From positions 5,042 through 69,041 of the forward strand of contig JAPLDP010000089.1 of the NCBI GenBank assembly GCA_026391695.1: a stretch of DNA of 64,000 nucleotides, given 5' to 3'. Below the pieces are notes generated by a model that saw only the letters and a program-made list of their open reading frames with translations, was not told the DNA's origin and made no database searches. Of this stretch, positions 1 through 9,040 are shown piece by piece. The position numbers and the translations under genes were made by a program. How positions within the stretch are numbered: the first letter of the stretch is position 1; each line of letters starts with the position of its first letter. The DNA is from Bacteroidota bacterium. Its GTDB lineage: Bacteria; Bacteroidota; Bacteroidia; Bacteroidales; JAGONC01.

Positions 1-972
1 TTTATTTTCGATAGTATAGGCACATTTAAAATGGTCGAGAGGGCATTTTCTCAGGCCATGCAATCCACAGGGGCGGCAATTCAGCAGCTCCCTTGTTTCG
101 ATCACGTATGACCTGCCTGAAAGCGGGCCAAAGCCAAAAGCAGGCACTGTGGAACAGAAAATGGCGGCCACAGGAGCATCCACAGCCGATGCCAGGTGCT
201 GCGGTGCTGAGTCATTCACAAAATTCATCACTGCATCCTTCATCATTGCTGCAGTCTGCAGAAATGTTAACCTGCCGGCCAGGGTTTCCGCATGTTCATG
301 GCCGGAGTCCTTTATGATCTGGTCACACAAATCTTTATCCTTGCCTGAACCTATAAGGTAGACATAATATTCTGCCGGAATGACACGTAAAAATTCAATC
401 CACTTTTTTGACGGATACTGCTTGGTGAACCATAATGAAGCCGGCGCAATGCAGACATAGGGCTGGCCTTTCAGTGAAACCGTTGATTTATAATCGTCTT
501 CCGACGGGTAAAGCCTGGGGTATTGCTCGCCATCAGGCACTATCGTACGGATCAAACTGAGATTGCGGTCCACTTCATGGACAAAAGTCCCTCCGGGCGC
601 GATGTCATGCTTAACGGCACGGTCAAAAAAAACAGAAAAGGGATTCTTGCCAAATCCTATCCTCACCTTTGCCTTTGAAAAGGCCGTCAGGAGCCCGCTT
701 GAAGCAAACCTCTGCACATTGATCACATAGTCATACCGCCTTTCCCGGATCAATACGAGTAGTCTGAGAAGATGCAGGTACTTCCGGTGATCCTTATCCC
801 ATGTCAGCACCTGATGCAAAAAGGGATGCGATGACAATAACCCTTCATTCCCTTTCCTCACCAGAATGTCGATCTGTACATGAGGAAAGGAACTGTGCAA
901 AGCTTCCGCCAACGGCGTCGTCAATATCACATCCCCGATGGATGCGGTTTGTATTACCAGAAACTGTTCCAT
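1..972 (-). CDS. Glycosyltransferase family 9 (LPS heptosyltransferase-like); C-terminus lies beyond the window edge
   Basis: Absent from the ORF track because it runs off the window. My own translation of the minus strand from the ATG at 970-972 gives MEQFLVIQTASIGDVILTTPLAEALHSSFPHVQIDILVRKGNEG... There is no in-frame stop down to base 1 (last residues ...NCRPCGLHGLRKCPLDHFKCAYTIENK). The IGDVILTTP-type N-terminus is typical of GT9. Confidence 0.75.
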   Translation of the reverse strand, partial: MEQFLVIQTASIGDVILTTPLAEALHSSFPHVQIDILVRKGNEGLLSSHPFLHQVLTWDKDHRKYLHLLRLLVLIRERRYDYVINVQRFASSGLLTAFSKAKVRIGFGKNPFSVFFDRAVKHDIAPGGTFVHEVDRNLSLIRTIVPDGEQYPRLYPSEDDYKSTVSLKGQPYVCIAPASLWFTKQYPSKKWIEFLRVIPAEYYVYLIGSGKDKDLCDQIIKDSGHEHAETLAGRLTFLQTAAMMKDAVMNFVNDSAPQHLASAVDAPVAAIFCSTVPAFGFGPLSGRSYVIETRELLNCRPCGLHGLRKCPLDHFKCAYTIENK

Positions 973-996
973 CTCCTGTAAATTCACGTGAGGGAA

Positions 997-1004
997 CAAA
1001 GTTA
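997..1004 (-). promoter_or_regulatory. Candidate Bacteroidota -7 box TAACTTTG (TAnnTTTG)
   Basis: The plus strand reads caaagtta. It lies 24 nt upstream of the GT9 ATG at 972. Confidence 0.4.
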
Positions 1005-1066
1005 TAATAAACTCCAGCAAAAAATAAAGCAGCGCCTATCAAAGTAATTAACCCATTACCAACAGC

Positions 1067-1906
1067 TCACACCTGGACATGGTAGTCGCGCAGTGCATCG
1101 TTGAGGGAGGTCTTCAGGTCGGTGGCGGCACTTCTCTTGCCGATGATCAGCGCGCAGGAGACATGGTATTCGCCGGCAGGAAATTTTTTGGGATACGAAC
1201 CCGGTATGACTACTGACCGGGGCGGGATATAACCTTTATATTCGGCAGGCTCAGAACCCGTGACGTCGATGATACGCGTGGAGCCGGTGATGACGACATT
1301 GGCGCCGACAACGGCGCTGTGGCCGATATGTGATCCCTCGACGATGACTGAACGCGAACCGATGAAACAATAATCCTCAATAATGACGGGTGCGGCCTGG
1401 ACAGGTTCCAGCACGCCGCCGATGCCAACGCCGCCACTTAGGTGCACATCCTTGCCGATCTGCGCGCACGACCCAACCGTAGCCCATGTATCCACCATCG
1501 TTCCGCTGTCGACCCATGCACCGATATTAATGAACGACGGCATCATGATGACGCCACGTGCAATATACGATCCGTAACGAGCAATGGCCTGCGGCACCAC
1601 CCTGACGCCAAGCTTATCATATCCCCGTTTCAGTTTTATCTTATCATGAAATTCAAAAGGGCCCACTTCAACCACCTCCATCGCCTGAATGGGAAAATAG
1701 AGAATAACAGCTTTTTTAATCCATTCGTTCACCACCCATGATTGTTCCGCCCCTGCTGGCCCCGGGCCACAAGGTTCCGCCACCCGTATGGTTCCCCTGT
1801 CGAGCAGGTCTATCACAGCCCTTATGGCCGCCTGTGTGTCGTCCTCTTTTAAAAGGTGCCTGTCCAGCCAAGCCGATTCCACATACTGTTTAAGTTCATC
1901 TGTCAT
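1067..1906 (-). CDS. dapD: 2,3,4,5-tetrahydropyridine-2,6-dicarboxylate N-succinyltransferase
   Basis: Hexapeptide-repeat region GAWVDSGTMVDTWATVGSCAQIGKDVHLSGGVGIGGVLEP and the overall DapD pattern. The ORF extends to 1918 (MLIFM...), but the ATG at 1906 (MTDELKQYVESAW) fits the -7 box at 1927-1934 better. Confidence 0.85.
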   Translation of the reverse strand: MTDELKQYVESAWLDRHLLKEDDTQAAIRAVIDLLDRGTIRVAEPCGPGPAGAEQSWVVNEWIKKAVILYFPIQAMEVVEVGPFEFHDKIKLKRGYDKLGVRVVPQAIARYGSYIARGVIMMPSFINIGAWVDSGTMVDTWATVGSCAQIGKDVHLSGGVGIGGVLEPVQAAPVIIEDYCFIGSRSVIVEGSHIGHSAVVGANVVITGSTRIIDVTGSEPAEYKGYIPPRSVVIPGSYPKKFPAGEYHVSCALIIGKRSAATDLKTSLNDALRDYHVQV

Positions 1907-1926
1907 AAATATGAGCATTGATACAT

Positions 1927-1934
1927 CAAAGTTA
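1927..1934 (-). promoter_or_regulatory. Candidate -7 box TAACTTTG for dapD
   Basis: The plus strand reads caaagtta. It is 20 nt from the ATG at 1906 but only 8 nt from the alternative ATG at 1918. Confidence 0.4.
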
Positions 1935-1976
1935 GATAAAAAATGCCTTCATCCTTTTCAGCCTGATAGTTTTTGC

Positions 1977-1984
1977 TATATTTG
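1977..1984 (+). promoter_or_regulatory. Candidate -7 box TATATTTG for ruvX-def
   Basis: Matches TAnnTTTG, 21 nt upstream of the ATG at 2006. It lies inside the longer ORF-track start (1973), which argues for the 2006 start. Confidence 0.45.
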
Positions 1985-2005
1985 TCAGCGGTTCAAAATC
2001 GGAAT

Positions 2006-2443
2006 ATGGGAAGGATACTGGCTATTGACTTTGGGCGCAAACGTGCCGGCATAGCTGTAACCGATGAACAGCAGATCATCGCTACAGCCCTGACAACTGT
2101 TGCGGCAGCGGGCATTATGGAATTCCTGAAAAATTATCTGTCGAAAGAAAAAGTGGATTGCTTTGTCATCGGCGAACCCCGTCAGATGAACAATTTACCG
2201 TCGGAAGCTGTTACTTACATCAAACCGTTTATCAAACGGTTGCAGAAAGAGTTCCCCATGATCCCGGTAGTAGAGGTGGATGAGCGGTTTACTTCAAAGA
2301 TGGCCATGCAAACAATGCTCCTGGCCGGTGCGAAAAAGAAAGACCGGCAGAACAAGGCTTTGCTCGACACCATCAGTGCCACTATCATCCTGCAGTCGTA
2401 CCTGGAATCACGGGCCATGAATCAACAAAAGGACAAATCATGA
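2006..2443 (+). CDS. ruvX: Holliday-junction resolvase-like nuclease RuvX/YqgF
   Basis: MGRILAIDFGRKRAGIAVTD... is the typical YqgF N-terminus. ATGA overlap with def. Confidence 0.85.
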   Translation: MGRILAIDFGRKRAGIAVTDEQQIIATALTTVAAAGIMEFLKNYLSKEKVDCFVIGEPRQMNNLPSEAVTYIKPFIKRLQKEFPMIPVVEVDERFTSKMAMQTMLLAGAKKKDRQNKALLDTISATIILQSYLESRAMNQQKDKS

Positions 2444-3018
2444 TTCTTCCGATTATCGCATATGGACATCCGATCTTAAGACAGGTATCCCCAAATATTG
2501 ATAAAGATTACCCGGGTTTGAAAGAGCTCATCTCTGATATATTCGAGACCATGTATGATTCCAATGGAGTAGGGCTGGCAGCCCCGCAAGTCAACCGCTC
2601 CATACGCCTGATCGTTGTCGACGCCTCACCATATGCCACCGACCATCCTGAAGTTCAGGAGTTTAAAAAAGTTTTTATCAATGCCAAGATCATTAATGAA
2701 TGGGGTGACGAATGGACCTTCAATGAAGGTTGTTTAAGTATCCCCGACATACGTGAAGATGTGACCAGGCATTCAAAAATCAGAATCCAGTACCAAGATG
2801 AAGATTTTAATTTTCACGATGATGAATACGAAGGTGTTGCAGCCCGCATTATTCAGCATGAATATGATCACCTCGAAGGTATTCTCTTTGTCGACCGTAT
2901 CAGCTCTCTCAGGAAAACCCTTCTTAAACGAAAACTTTATGATATTTCAAAAGGGGATATTGATGTGAAATATAAAATGATATTCCCCGTTCAGAAAAAG
3001 AAAATGGTTTATAAATAA
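2440..3018 (+). CDS. def: Peptide deformylase
   Basis: The three deformylase motifs are present: GVGLAAPQV, EGCLSIP and HEYDHLEG. Confidence 0.95.
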   Translation: MILPIIAYGHPILRQVSPNIDKDYPGLKELISDIFETMYDSNGVGLAAPQVNRSIRLIVVDASPYATDHPEVQEFKKVFINAKIINEWGDEWTFNEGCLSIPDIREDVTRHSKIRIQYQDEDFNFHDDEYEGVAARIIQHEYDHLEGILFVDRISSLRKTLLKRKLYDISKGDIDVKYKMIFPVQKKKMVYK

Positions 3019-3056
3019 TACATCTGGTATAAACATAAGACTTAAATTTATACGTC

Positions 3057-3590
3057 ATGAAGAGACTTACGTATTTGTCCGTCCTGATAATGGTTACCGT
3101 TTTATTCTCCTGCAGCAATATGGAAAAAAGAAAGATGGAGAAGAATATCAAGGTGATGGAAGACAGCCTTTTTTCGGAAAGCAAAGGAATGATAGAGATG
3201 GATGAGACACAAAAGCTGGTAGATGCTTATCTCAGGTTTGCCGATAAATACCCTTCCGATACAAATGCTCCCGGCTACTTATTCAAGGCCGGCGATATTT
3301 CGATGAACCTGCTCGATCCCAATAAGGCCATACAGATCTTCGACCGGATAATGACCGAATACCCGCAGTTTGAAAAGCTGCCGCATTGTCTGTTTCTCAA
3401 GGGTTTTATTTATGAAAATGAGCTGAAAAATCTCGACAAGGCACGGCAGATATATCAGGAATTCCTGGTGAAATACCCCAACCATGACTTTGCCGATGAC
3501 GTACAGATATCTCTTGATAACCTTGGGAAAAGCCCTGAAGATCTGATTAAACAATTCCAGGAAAAAGCTAAATCCGACTCTATCCAATGA
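3057..3590 (+). CDS. TPR-repeat lipoprotein
   Basis: Signal peptide with lipobox (VLFSCSN). TPR-like helical repeats (AGDISMNLLDPNKAIQIFDRIMTEYP..., LKGFIYENELKNLDKARQIYQEFLVKYPN). Confidence 0.6.
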   Translation: MKRLTYLSVLIMVTVLFSCSNMEKRKMEKNIKVMEDSLFSESKGMIEMDETQKLVDAYLRFADKYPSDTNAPGYLFKAGDISMNLLDPNKAIQIFDRIMTEYPQFEKLPHCLFLKGFIYENELKNLDKARQIYQEFLVKYPNHDFADDVQISLDNLGKSPEDLIKQFQEKAKSDSIQ

Positions 3591-3649
3591 TCAATGATTG
3601 AATTCCTGCTCCACTATTTCCGCACCAAGGGACGGGGAATTTGACCAGT

Positions 3650-3677
3650 ATCCCGATTTCACTTCGTTCATCGGGAT
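3650..3677. terminator. Hairpin: 8-bp stem atcccgat/atcgggat, 12-nt loop ttcacttcgttc
   Basis: Read directly from the sequence. It lies between the convergent genes ending at 3590 (+) and 3733 (-). Confidence 0.45.
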
Positions 3678-3689
3678 CAATTCGACTAG

Positions 3690-3721
3690 CAATTTTTTCT
3701 TCACTACGTTCGAAAAAATTG
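3690..3721. terminator. Hairpin: 10-bp stem caattttttc/gaaaaaattg, 12-nt loop ttcactacgttc
   Basis: Read directly from the sequence. The loop is 11/12 identical to that of the hairpin at 3650-3677. The stem contains a T6/A6 run, so it could act as a bidirectional terminator. Confidence 0.45.
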
Positions 3722-3732
3722 AGTCTCATTGA

Positions 3733-4605
3733 TTAAAATTGCAGGTATTCGCACAGCCTGATCACTTCGATGGCTTCCTTGATGTCATGCACTCTCAGAA
3801 TATGGGCGCCTTTGAGTACAGCGACGGTGTTCAGCACCGTTGTGCCGTTCAAAGCGTCTTCCGGGCTTATTCCCAGAACCTTGTTTATCAATGACTTCCG
3901 CGACAGTCCGATCATCAGTGGCCACCCGGGTGCCAGAAACCTGTCGAGGTTGCGGAGGATCTCATAGTTATCCTCCACATCTTTGCCAAAGCCAATTCCG
4001 GGGTCTATGATAATATCACCGGCACCCATCTTCTTTAACTGACTCACCCGTTCAGTAAAATGATCCATGATCTCGGCCACCACATCCTTATAGACAGGTC
4101 TATCCTGCATGGTGAGAGGGGTACCTTTTATATGCATCAGGACATAGGGCACTTTCATTCCGGCAATGATAGCGAACATTTTCGCATCCATTGTACCGCC
4201 GGATATGTCGTTGATAATATCAGCCCCATGTTCACATGCAGACTTTGCAACTGCGGCCCTGTATGTGTCGACAGAGAGAAGGATTTCTGGAAAATGCTTA
4301 CTTATGGTCTGTAAAGCCGGCAAAAGGCGTCGTAGCTCTTCATCCTCCGTTATGGCTGCTGCTCCCGGCCGTGATGAGGCAGCCCCAATATCAATGATGG
4401 CCGCCCCCTCGCCGATCATCCTTTCCGCCTGCCCGAGATAGTCTTTCTCCGTGACATAACGCCCACCATCATAGAACGAATCCGGCGTAATATTTAGTAT
4501 CCCCATCACCACAGGCCGTTCGAACTTTATAACTTTACTTCTGCAATTCAACGTAAAGTTTGACGAAAAAGAATTATTTTTACGCAATACTTGTTTTGTA
4601 TTCAT
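3733..4605 (-). CDS. folP: Dihydropteroate synthase
   Basis: GILNITPDSFYDGG, DIGAASSRPG, PGIGFGK and SRKS motifs of the pterin-binding DHPS family. Confidence 0.9.
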   Translation of the reverse strand: MNTKQVLRKNNSFSSNFTLNCRSKVIKFERPVVMGILNITPDSFYDGGRYVTEKDYLGQAERMIGEGAAIIDIGAASSRPGAAAITEDEELRRLLPALQTISKHFPEILLSVDTYRAAVAKSACEHGADIINDISGGTMDAKMFAIIAGMKVPYVLMHIKGTPLTMQDRPVYKDVVAEIMDHFTERVSQLKKMGAGDIIIDPGIGFGKDVEDNYEILRNLDRFLAPGWPLMIGLSRKSLINKVLGISPEDALNGTTVLNTVAVLKGAHILRVHDIKEAIEVIRLCEYLQF

Positions 4606-4644
4606 TACCTGAGAATGAATATTTTAATCTGCTAAGTTACGACA

Positions 4645-5190
4645 ATGGACAATAGCACATACCAGCAATTTGATCAGGTTATCGAAAAGTGCCGTGAAAT
4701 TTTTCTGACCAAAATGAAAGATTACGGGATATCATGGCGGATATTGCGTACGCCGTCACTTACCGATCAGATATATATTAAGGCCAATCGTATCAGAAGC
4801 ATTGACGAAAAGGGCATTCAGAAAGTGAATGAAGGGATCCTTCCGGAATTCATTGGTATTGTCAACTATTCCGTGATGGCCCTCATCCAGCTTGAACTCG
4901 GCAGTTCCGACAATCCCGGTATGGATGTGGAAGAAGTCATTGGCCTGTATGAAAAATATATCGAAAAGGCGAAGGGATTAATGCTGGATAAAAATCATGA
5001 TTATGGAGAGGCATGGCGGAATATGCGCATCAGTTCCTTCACCGATATCATCATGATGAAACTGTTGCGTATTAAGCAGATAGAAGATCATGAGGGTAAA
5101 ACATACATCTCCGAAGGCATTGATGCCAACTATCTGGATATCATCAATTATGGGGTTTTTGCATTGATAAAACTGAAAGAATCAAAATGA
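4645..5190 (+). CDS. DUF1599-like protein with two internal repeats
   Basis: Two homologous halves: KDYGISWRILRTPSLTDQIYIKANRIRSI...IVNYSVMALIQLE versus HDYGEAWRNMRISSFTDIIMMKLLRIKQI...IINYGVFALIKLKE. The family name is from memory and needs an HMM check. Confidence 0.6.
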   Translation: MDNSTYQQFDQVIEKCREIFLTKMKDYGISWRILRTPSLTDQIYIKANRIRSIDEKGIQKVNEGILPEFIGIVNYSVMALIQLELGSSDNPGMDVEEVIGLYEKYIEKAKGLMLDKNHDYGEAWRNMRISSFTDIIMMKLLRIKQIEDHEGKTYISEGIDANYLDIINYGVFALIKLKESK

Positions 5191-6296
5191 CAGCACTTCG
5201 TACTATATGCCGATTCCTCATTGGGCTCGTCTTCATTTTCAGTGGTTTTGTGAAGGGGCTTGATCCAACGGGCACGATGTTCAAAATAGAGGATTACTTT
5301 ATCGCCTTCGGAATGGAATGGGCCATTCCGATGGCTTTGGCATTATCCATCCTGTTATGCACCGTGGAATTCTCCATCGGCATGCTTCTTATCCTGAATG
5401 TCAGAATTAAGCTGGTCACATGGGTATTATTCCTGATGATGGCCGGATTCACTGTCATGACATTCTTCGACGCCATCTATAATCCTGTGCCGGATTGCGG
5501 CTGCTTTGGCGATGCAATCAAACTGACCAACTGGCAGACGTTTTATAAAAATGTGGTGTTGATGGTTTTTGTCCTTATCATCGTATTTACAGGAAAAAAA
5601 GCGCATTCGGTTTTCTCCGGAAGAATCCAGAATATGATGGCAAGCGGCGTTATCGTCCTGTTTGCCTGCTTCTGCATATATTCATACAACCGCCTGCCTG
5701 TCATCGACTTCCTCAACTGGAAGGTGGGTCGTGATATGGCTCCCCCTAATGCCCGCCCTGCGCAAACATATCTGGTCTATAAAAATAAGGCCTCCGGCAT
5801 TACTAAGGAATACCTCACCGGTGATCTGCCCTGGCAGGATACGGTGTGGATGTCGCAGTGGGAATTTGTCGAGTCCAGAACGCAAAGTCCGGGCTCATCC
5901 GTTCATGACCTTCAACTCATCGACTCCAGTGGCGCAGATGTCACGAGAAATTTCATCGAAAATCCCGGCTTTCAGTTTCTCCTTGTCTCTTACAATCTGA
6001 TCAAAGCAAACAGAAAGGCCCTGCTGAAAATGAATGCATTTTATAGACAAGCAGAACAGGACGGCCATTCTTTCATTCTAATCACCAATGCATCGGATGA
6101 GGACATCCGCAAATACCGGGAGCAATACCATCCGGAATTTGAGATATACAACGCTGATGATGTCGCCCTTAAGATGATGATCCGTTCCAATCCCGGCCTG
6201 TTACTATTAAAAGATGGCGTCGTCATTCAAAAGTGGCATTATCATTATTTTCTTGAATACGGAAAAATCAGAATAAAATATATGGAAGGCCGATGA
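5187..6296 (+). CDS. DoxX/MauE-like membrane protein with a C-terminal thioredoxin-fold-like domain (BT_3928-type)
   Basis: About 5 N-terminal hydrophobic segments and a DCGCFG motif. The soluble C-terminal half (FLLVSYNLIKANRKALL...GLLLLKDGVVIQKW) has no CxxC. ATGA overlaps on both sides. Confidence 0.55.
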   Translation: MTALRTICRFLIGLVFIFSGFVKGLDPTGTMFKIEDYFIAFGMEWAIPMALALSILLCTVEFSIGMLLILNVRIKLVTWVLFLMMAGFTVMTFFDAIYNPVPDCGCFGDAIKLTNWQTFYKNVVLMVFVLIIVFTGKKAHSVFSGRIQNMMASGVIVLFACFCIYSYNRLPVIDFLNWKVGRDMAPPNARPAQTYLVYKNKASGITKEYLTGDLPWQDTVWMSQWEFVESRTQSPGSSVHDLQLIDSSGADVTRNFIENPGFQFLLVSYNLIKANRKALLKMNAFYRQAEQDGHSFILITNASDEDIRKYREQYHPEFEIYNADDVALKMMIRSNPGLLLLKDGVVIQKWHYHYFLEYGKIRIKYMEGR

Positions 6297-7375
6297 TCCG
6301 GTTCATTCTCAAACGGCTCTGGTATGGTTTACTCGTGTTGATTGGCGTTGTCACCATCATTTTCCTGCTTTTCAATGCCCTTCCCGGCGACCCAGCCCGG
6401 ATGATGCTAGGCCAGAGAGCCGATATAGCATCTGTAGAAGCCATCAACAGAGACCTTGGTCTGGATAAACCATTAGCCACGCAGTTTCTGAATTTCATTA
6501 ATGATCTGTCACCTGTTTCCTATCATGTGGTGAATGACCCGCATAACTACTGGTACCTGGATACACTGAAGTACACCTCATTCATTAAGATCGCCTCTGT
6601 CAAACATAAAGGAGCGGTCATCATGAAAAAGCCCTATTTACGACGGTCATACCAGACAAAAAGAGATGTCACTGAAATTCTGCTGGATGCATTTCCAAAG
6701 ACATTGCTGCTGGCGACGGTATCCATTGTTTTCGCCATGGTCATCGGAATTTTCATCGGTACCCTCTGCGCCATTTATAAAAACTCGTTTTTCGATAAGG
6801 TATCACTTGTGTTTTCAGTGCTTGGCATGTCGCTGCCTTCCTTTTTCGTCGCCATACTCAATGCCTGGATATTTGCTTTTATACTGGCCAGATACACCGG
6901 ATTAAACATGGTTGGCAGCCTTTACAGTGTTGATGACTTCGGACGCGGTGAATACCTTAACCTGAAAAATCTCATCCTGCCTGCGTTGACATTGGGCATC
7001 AGACCTCTGGCCATCATCGTCGAACTGACGCGAAGCTCTCTTTTGGAGGTCCTGTCGCAGGATTACATCCGAACAGCCAGGGCTAAAGGTCTGCGTTATG
7101 CACGGGTCATCACCCGCCATGCCTTGCGCAATGCAATGAATCCCGTTGTCACTGCCATATCCGGATGGTTTGCATCACTGATGGCCGGCGCTGTGTTTGT
7201 CGAATATGTCTTCGACTGGAAAGGCCTTGGCGTTGTCATCGTCGACGCTCTTGAAAAATATGATTTCCCTGTTATTATGGGTGCTGTACTTTTTATTTCG
7301 GCCGTACTGGTGATTATTAATATTTTTGTGGACATCATTTATGGGTACCTCGATCCGAGAGTTAGAGTGATATAA
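6293..7375 (+). CDS. ABC transporter permease, OppB/DppB type
   Basis: MIRFILKRLWYGLLVLIGVVTIIFLLFNALPGDPARMMLG is the N-terminus typical of binding-protein-dependent permeases. The EAA-like region reads QDYIRTARAKGLRYARVITRHALRNA. Confidence 0.8.
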   Translation: MIRFILKRLWYGLLVLIGVVTIIFLLFNALPGDPARMMLGQRADIASVEAINRDLGLDKPLATQFLNFINDLSPVSYHVVNDPHNYWYLDTLKYTSFIKIASVKHKGAVIMKKPYLRRSYQTKRDVTEILLDAFPKTLLLATVSIVFAMVIGIFIGTLCAIYKNSFFDKVSLVFSVLGMSLPSFFVAILNAWIFAFILARYTGLNMVGSLYSVDDFGRGEYLNLKNLILPALTLGIRPLAIIVELTRSSLLEVLSQDYIRTARAKGLRYARVITRHALRNAMNPVVTAISGWFASLMAGAVFVEYVFDWKGLGVVIVDALEKYDFPVIMGAVLFISAVLVIINIFVDIIYGYLDPRVRVI

Positions 7376-7410
7376 TTGATACAGCCTCCCATACAAAAAA
7401 TAACTGACGT

Positions 7411-8175
7411 ATGAGAAAAAAAATTGTTGCCGGTAACTGGAAGATGAACAAAGATTTCAAGGATGCCGAAGCATTGTTATATGATATTTCAGATCTTCTG
7501 GCCGAGAAAAACCAACAGGGCATGGAGGTGATTGTTTGCCCACCGGCCGTGTTCCTGGAATTGGCTGTTGACATTGCCTATGAAGAACAATTTCATGTCG
7601 GCGCCCAGAATGTGAACCAGAATGAATATGGCGCCTTCACCGGAGAAATATCAGCGCCCATGCTGAAATCACTGGAAGTTGACTATTGCCTCGTCGGTCA
7701 TTCCGAACGAAGAAAATATTTCAGCGAAACAGATGCCCTGCTCGCAGAGAAAATCCTTTTACTTCTGAAATGGGAAATTACGCCGGTTTTTTGCTGCGGC
7801 GAAGTGTTAGCCCAACGCAAAAAAAGAGAACATTTTAACATCGTCAAAAAACAGCTGAGTGAAGCTGTCTTCCACCTCGATAAGGAGAACTTCAGTAGAC
7901 TGGTCATAGCCTATGAACCTGTATGGGCCATAGGAACAGGAGAGAATGCCACTCCGGAACAGGCTCAGGAGATGCATGCATTTATCCGGGAGCTTATTGC
8001 AAAACAATATGACAGGGATATTGCAGAAGAAATCAGCATTCTTTATGGTGGAAGCTGCAATTCTAAAAATGCAGTGGGGATCTTCTCAAAGCCTGATGTT
8101 GACGGCGGACTGATAGGCGGCGCATCACTTGAAGCTGAAGAATTTGTTAAGGTTGTTTGCTCTTACCCGACATAA
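7411..8175 (+). CDS. tpiA: Triose-phosphate isomerase
   Basis: AGNWKMN, VGHSERR, AYEPVWAIGTG and YGGS motifs. Confidence 0.95.
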   Translation: MRKKIVAGNWKMNKDFKDAEALLYDISDLLAEKNQQGMEVIVCPPAVFLELAVDIAYEEQFHVGAQNVNQNEYGAFTGEISAPMLKSLEVDYCLVGHSERRKYFSETDALLAEKILLLLKWEITPVFCCGEVLAQRKKREHFNIVKKQLSEAVFHLDKENFSRLVIAYEPVWAIGTGENATPEQAQEMHAFIRELIAKQYDRDIAEEISILYGGSCNSKNAVGIFSKPDVDGGLIGGASLEAEEFVKVVCSYPT

Positions 8176-8181
8176 CCTGAT

Positions 8182-9018
8182 ATGGACTATATCGAACTCC
8201 GTCTTCTTTTTTCACCTCAGGACAATCTATCAGGGATCCTGACAGCTCAACTCATGGAGGCGGGCTTTGAAGGCTTTGAAGAAACTGCTGAAGGATTGCT
8301 GTCATACATCCCCTCTGATAAATTTGACGTCACCGCCATCAAACAACTTGCGATATTTAAAAACAAAGGCTCTGACATACATATTGATTGGAGAACAGTC
8401 GAAGAAGAAAACTGGAATGAACTCTGGGAAGCCAGCTATGATCCAGTTATTTTTCCCGGAAAATGTGCCATCAGGGCTCCTTTTCACCAAAAAACCAACG
8501 GTGTCAGGTTCGATATTATCATTGAACCTAAAATGTCGTTCGGAACAGCCCATCATGCGACGACAGCTATGATGATCACTCTTTTATTTGAATTTCCACC
8601 CAAGGATCTCACTGTGGTAGATATGGGCTGCGGCACCGGCATACTCGCCATCCTGGCATCCAGGTTTGGCGCCCGTGAAGTCACCGCCATTGATAATGAT
8701 ATATGGGCTTATGAAAATACCTTATCCAACATAGAAAAAAATAATGCCCCTCCGATAACCGTTTATCACGGTGATGCCACATGCCTCACAAACCGGCATT
8801 TCGATATGGTCCTGGCAAATATCAACCGGAATATATTAGTGAATGATATTCCTGCATACGCTGAAAGCCTCAATTCAAAAGGGCTGATGCTGATCAGCGG
8901 ATTTTATGAAAAGGACCTCCGTGCCATCAGGGATTTGTCGGAACAACATTCATTGAATTTTGTAAAATCCATTGCCGATGGAGAATGGCTAGCTGCCGTC
9001 TTTATTAAAAACTTTTGA
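8182..9018 (+). CDS. prmA: Ribosomal protein L11 methyltransferase
   Basis: PrmA pattern: IIEPKMSFGTAHHATT and the SAM-binding motif DMGCGTGILA. Confidence 0.85.
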   Translation: MDYIELRLLFSPQDNLSGILTAQLMEAGFEGFEETAEGLLSYIPSDKFDVTAIKQLAIFKNKGSDIHIDWRTVEEENWNELWEASYDPVIFPGKCAIRAPFHQKTNGVRFDIIIEPKMSFGTAHHATTAMMITLLFEFPPKDLTVVDMGCGTGILAILASRFGAREVTAIDNDIWAYENTLSNIEKNNAPPITVYHGDATCLTNRHFDMVLANINRNILVNDIPAYAESLNSKGLMLISGFYEKDLRAIRDLSEQHSLNFVKSIADGEWLAAVFIKNF

Positions 9019-9040
9019 AAACCTGATTCATAAATTATTT

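Noticed and set aside
845-1042. 65-aa minus-strand ORF (TTG start) from the ORF track
   Set aside because: It is in a different frame from, and overlaps, the real GT9 gene. That gene has an ATG at 972 and an open frame that runs to the window edge with a recognisable GT9 sequence.
3700-3721. GTTCGAA (tRNA T-loop-like) sequence, and ggttcaa at 56939-56945, checked as possible tRNA fragments
   Set aside because: No acceptor, D or anticodon arms can be drawn around them. They are parts of simple hairpins.
3589-3729. Possible ~46-aa minus-strand small ORF (MRLNFFERSEEKIASRIDPDERSEIGILVKF...)
   Set aside because: It is built entirely from the two intergenic hairpins. The inverted-repeat structure explains the sequence better than coding does.
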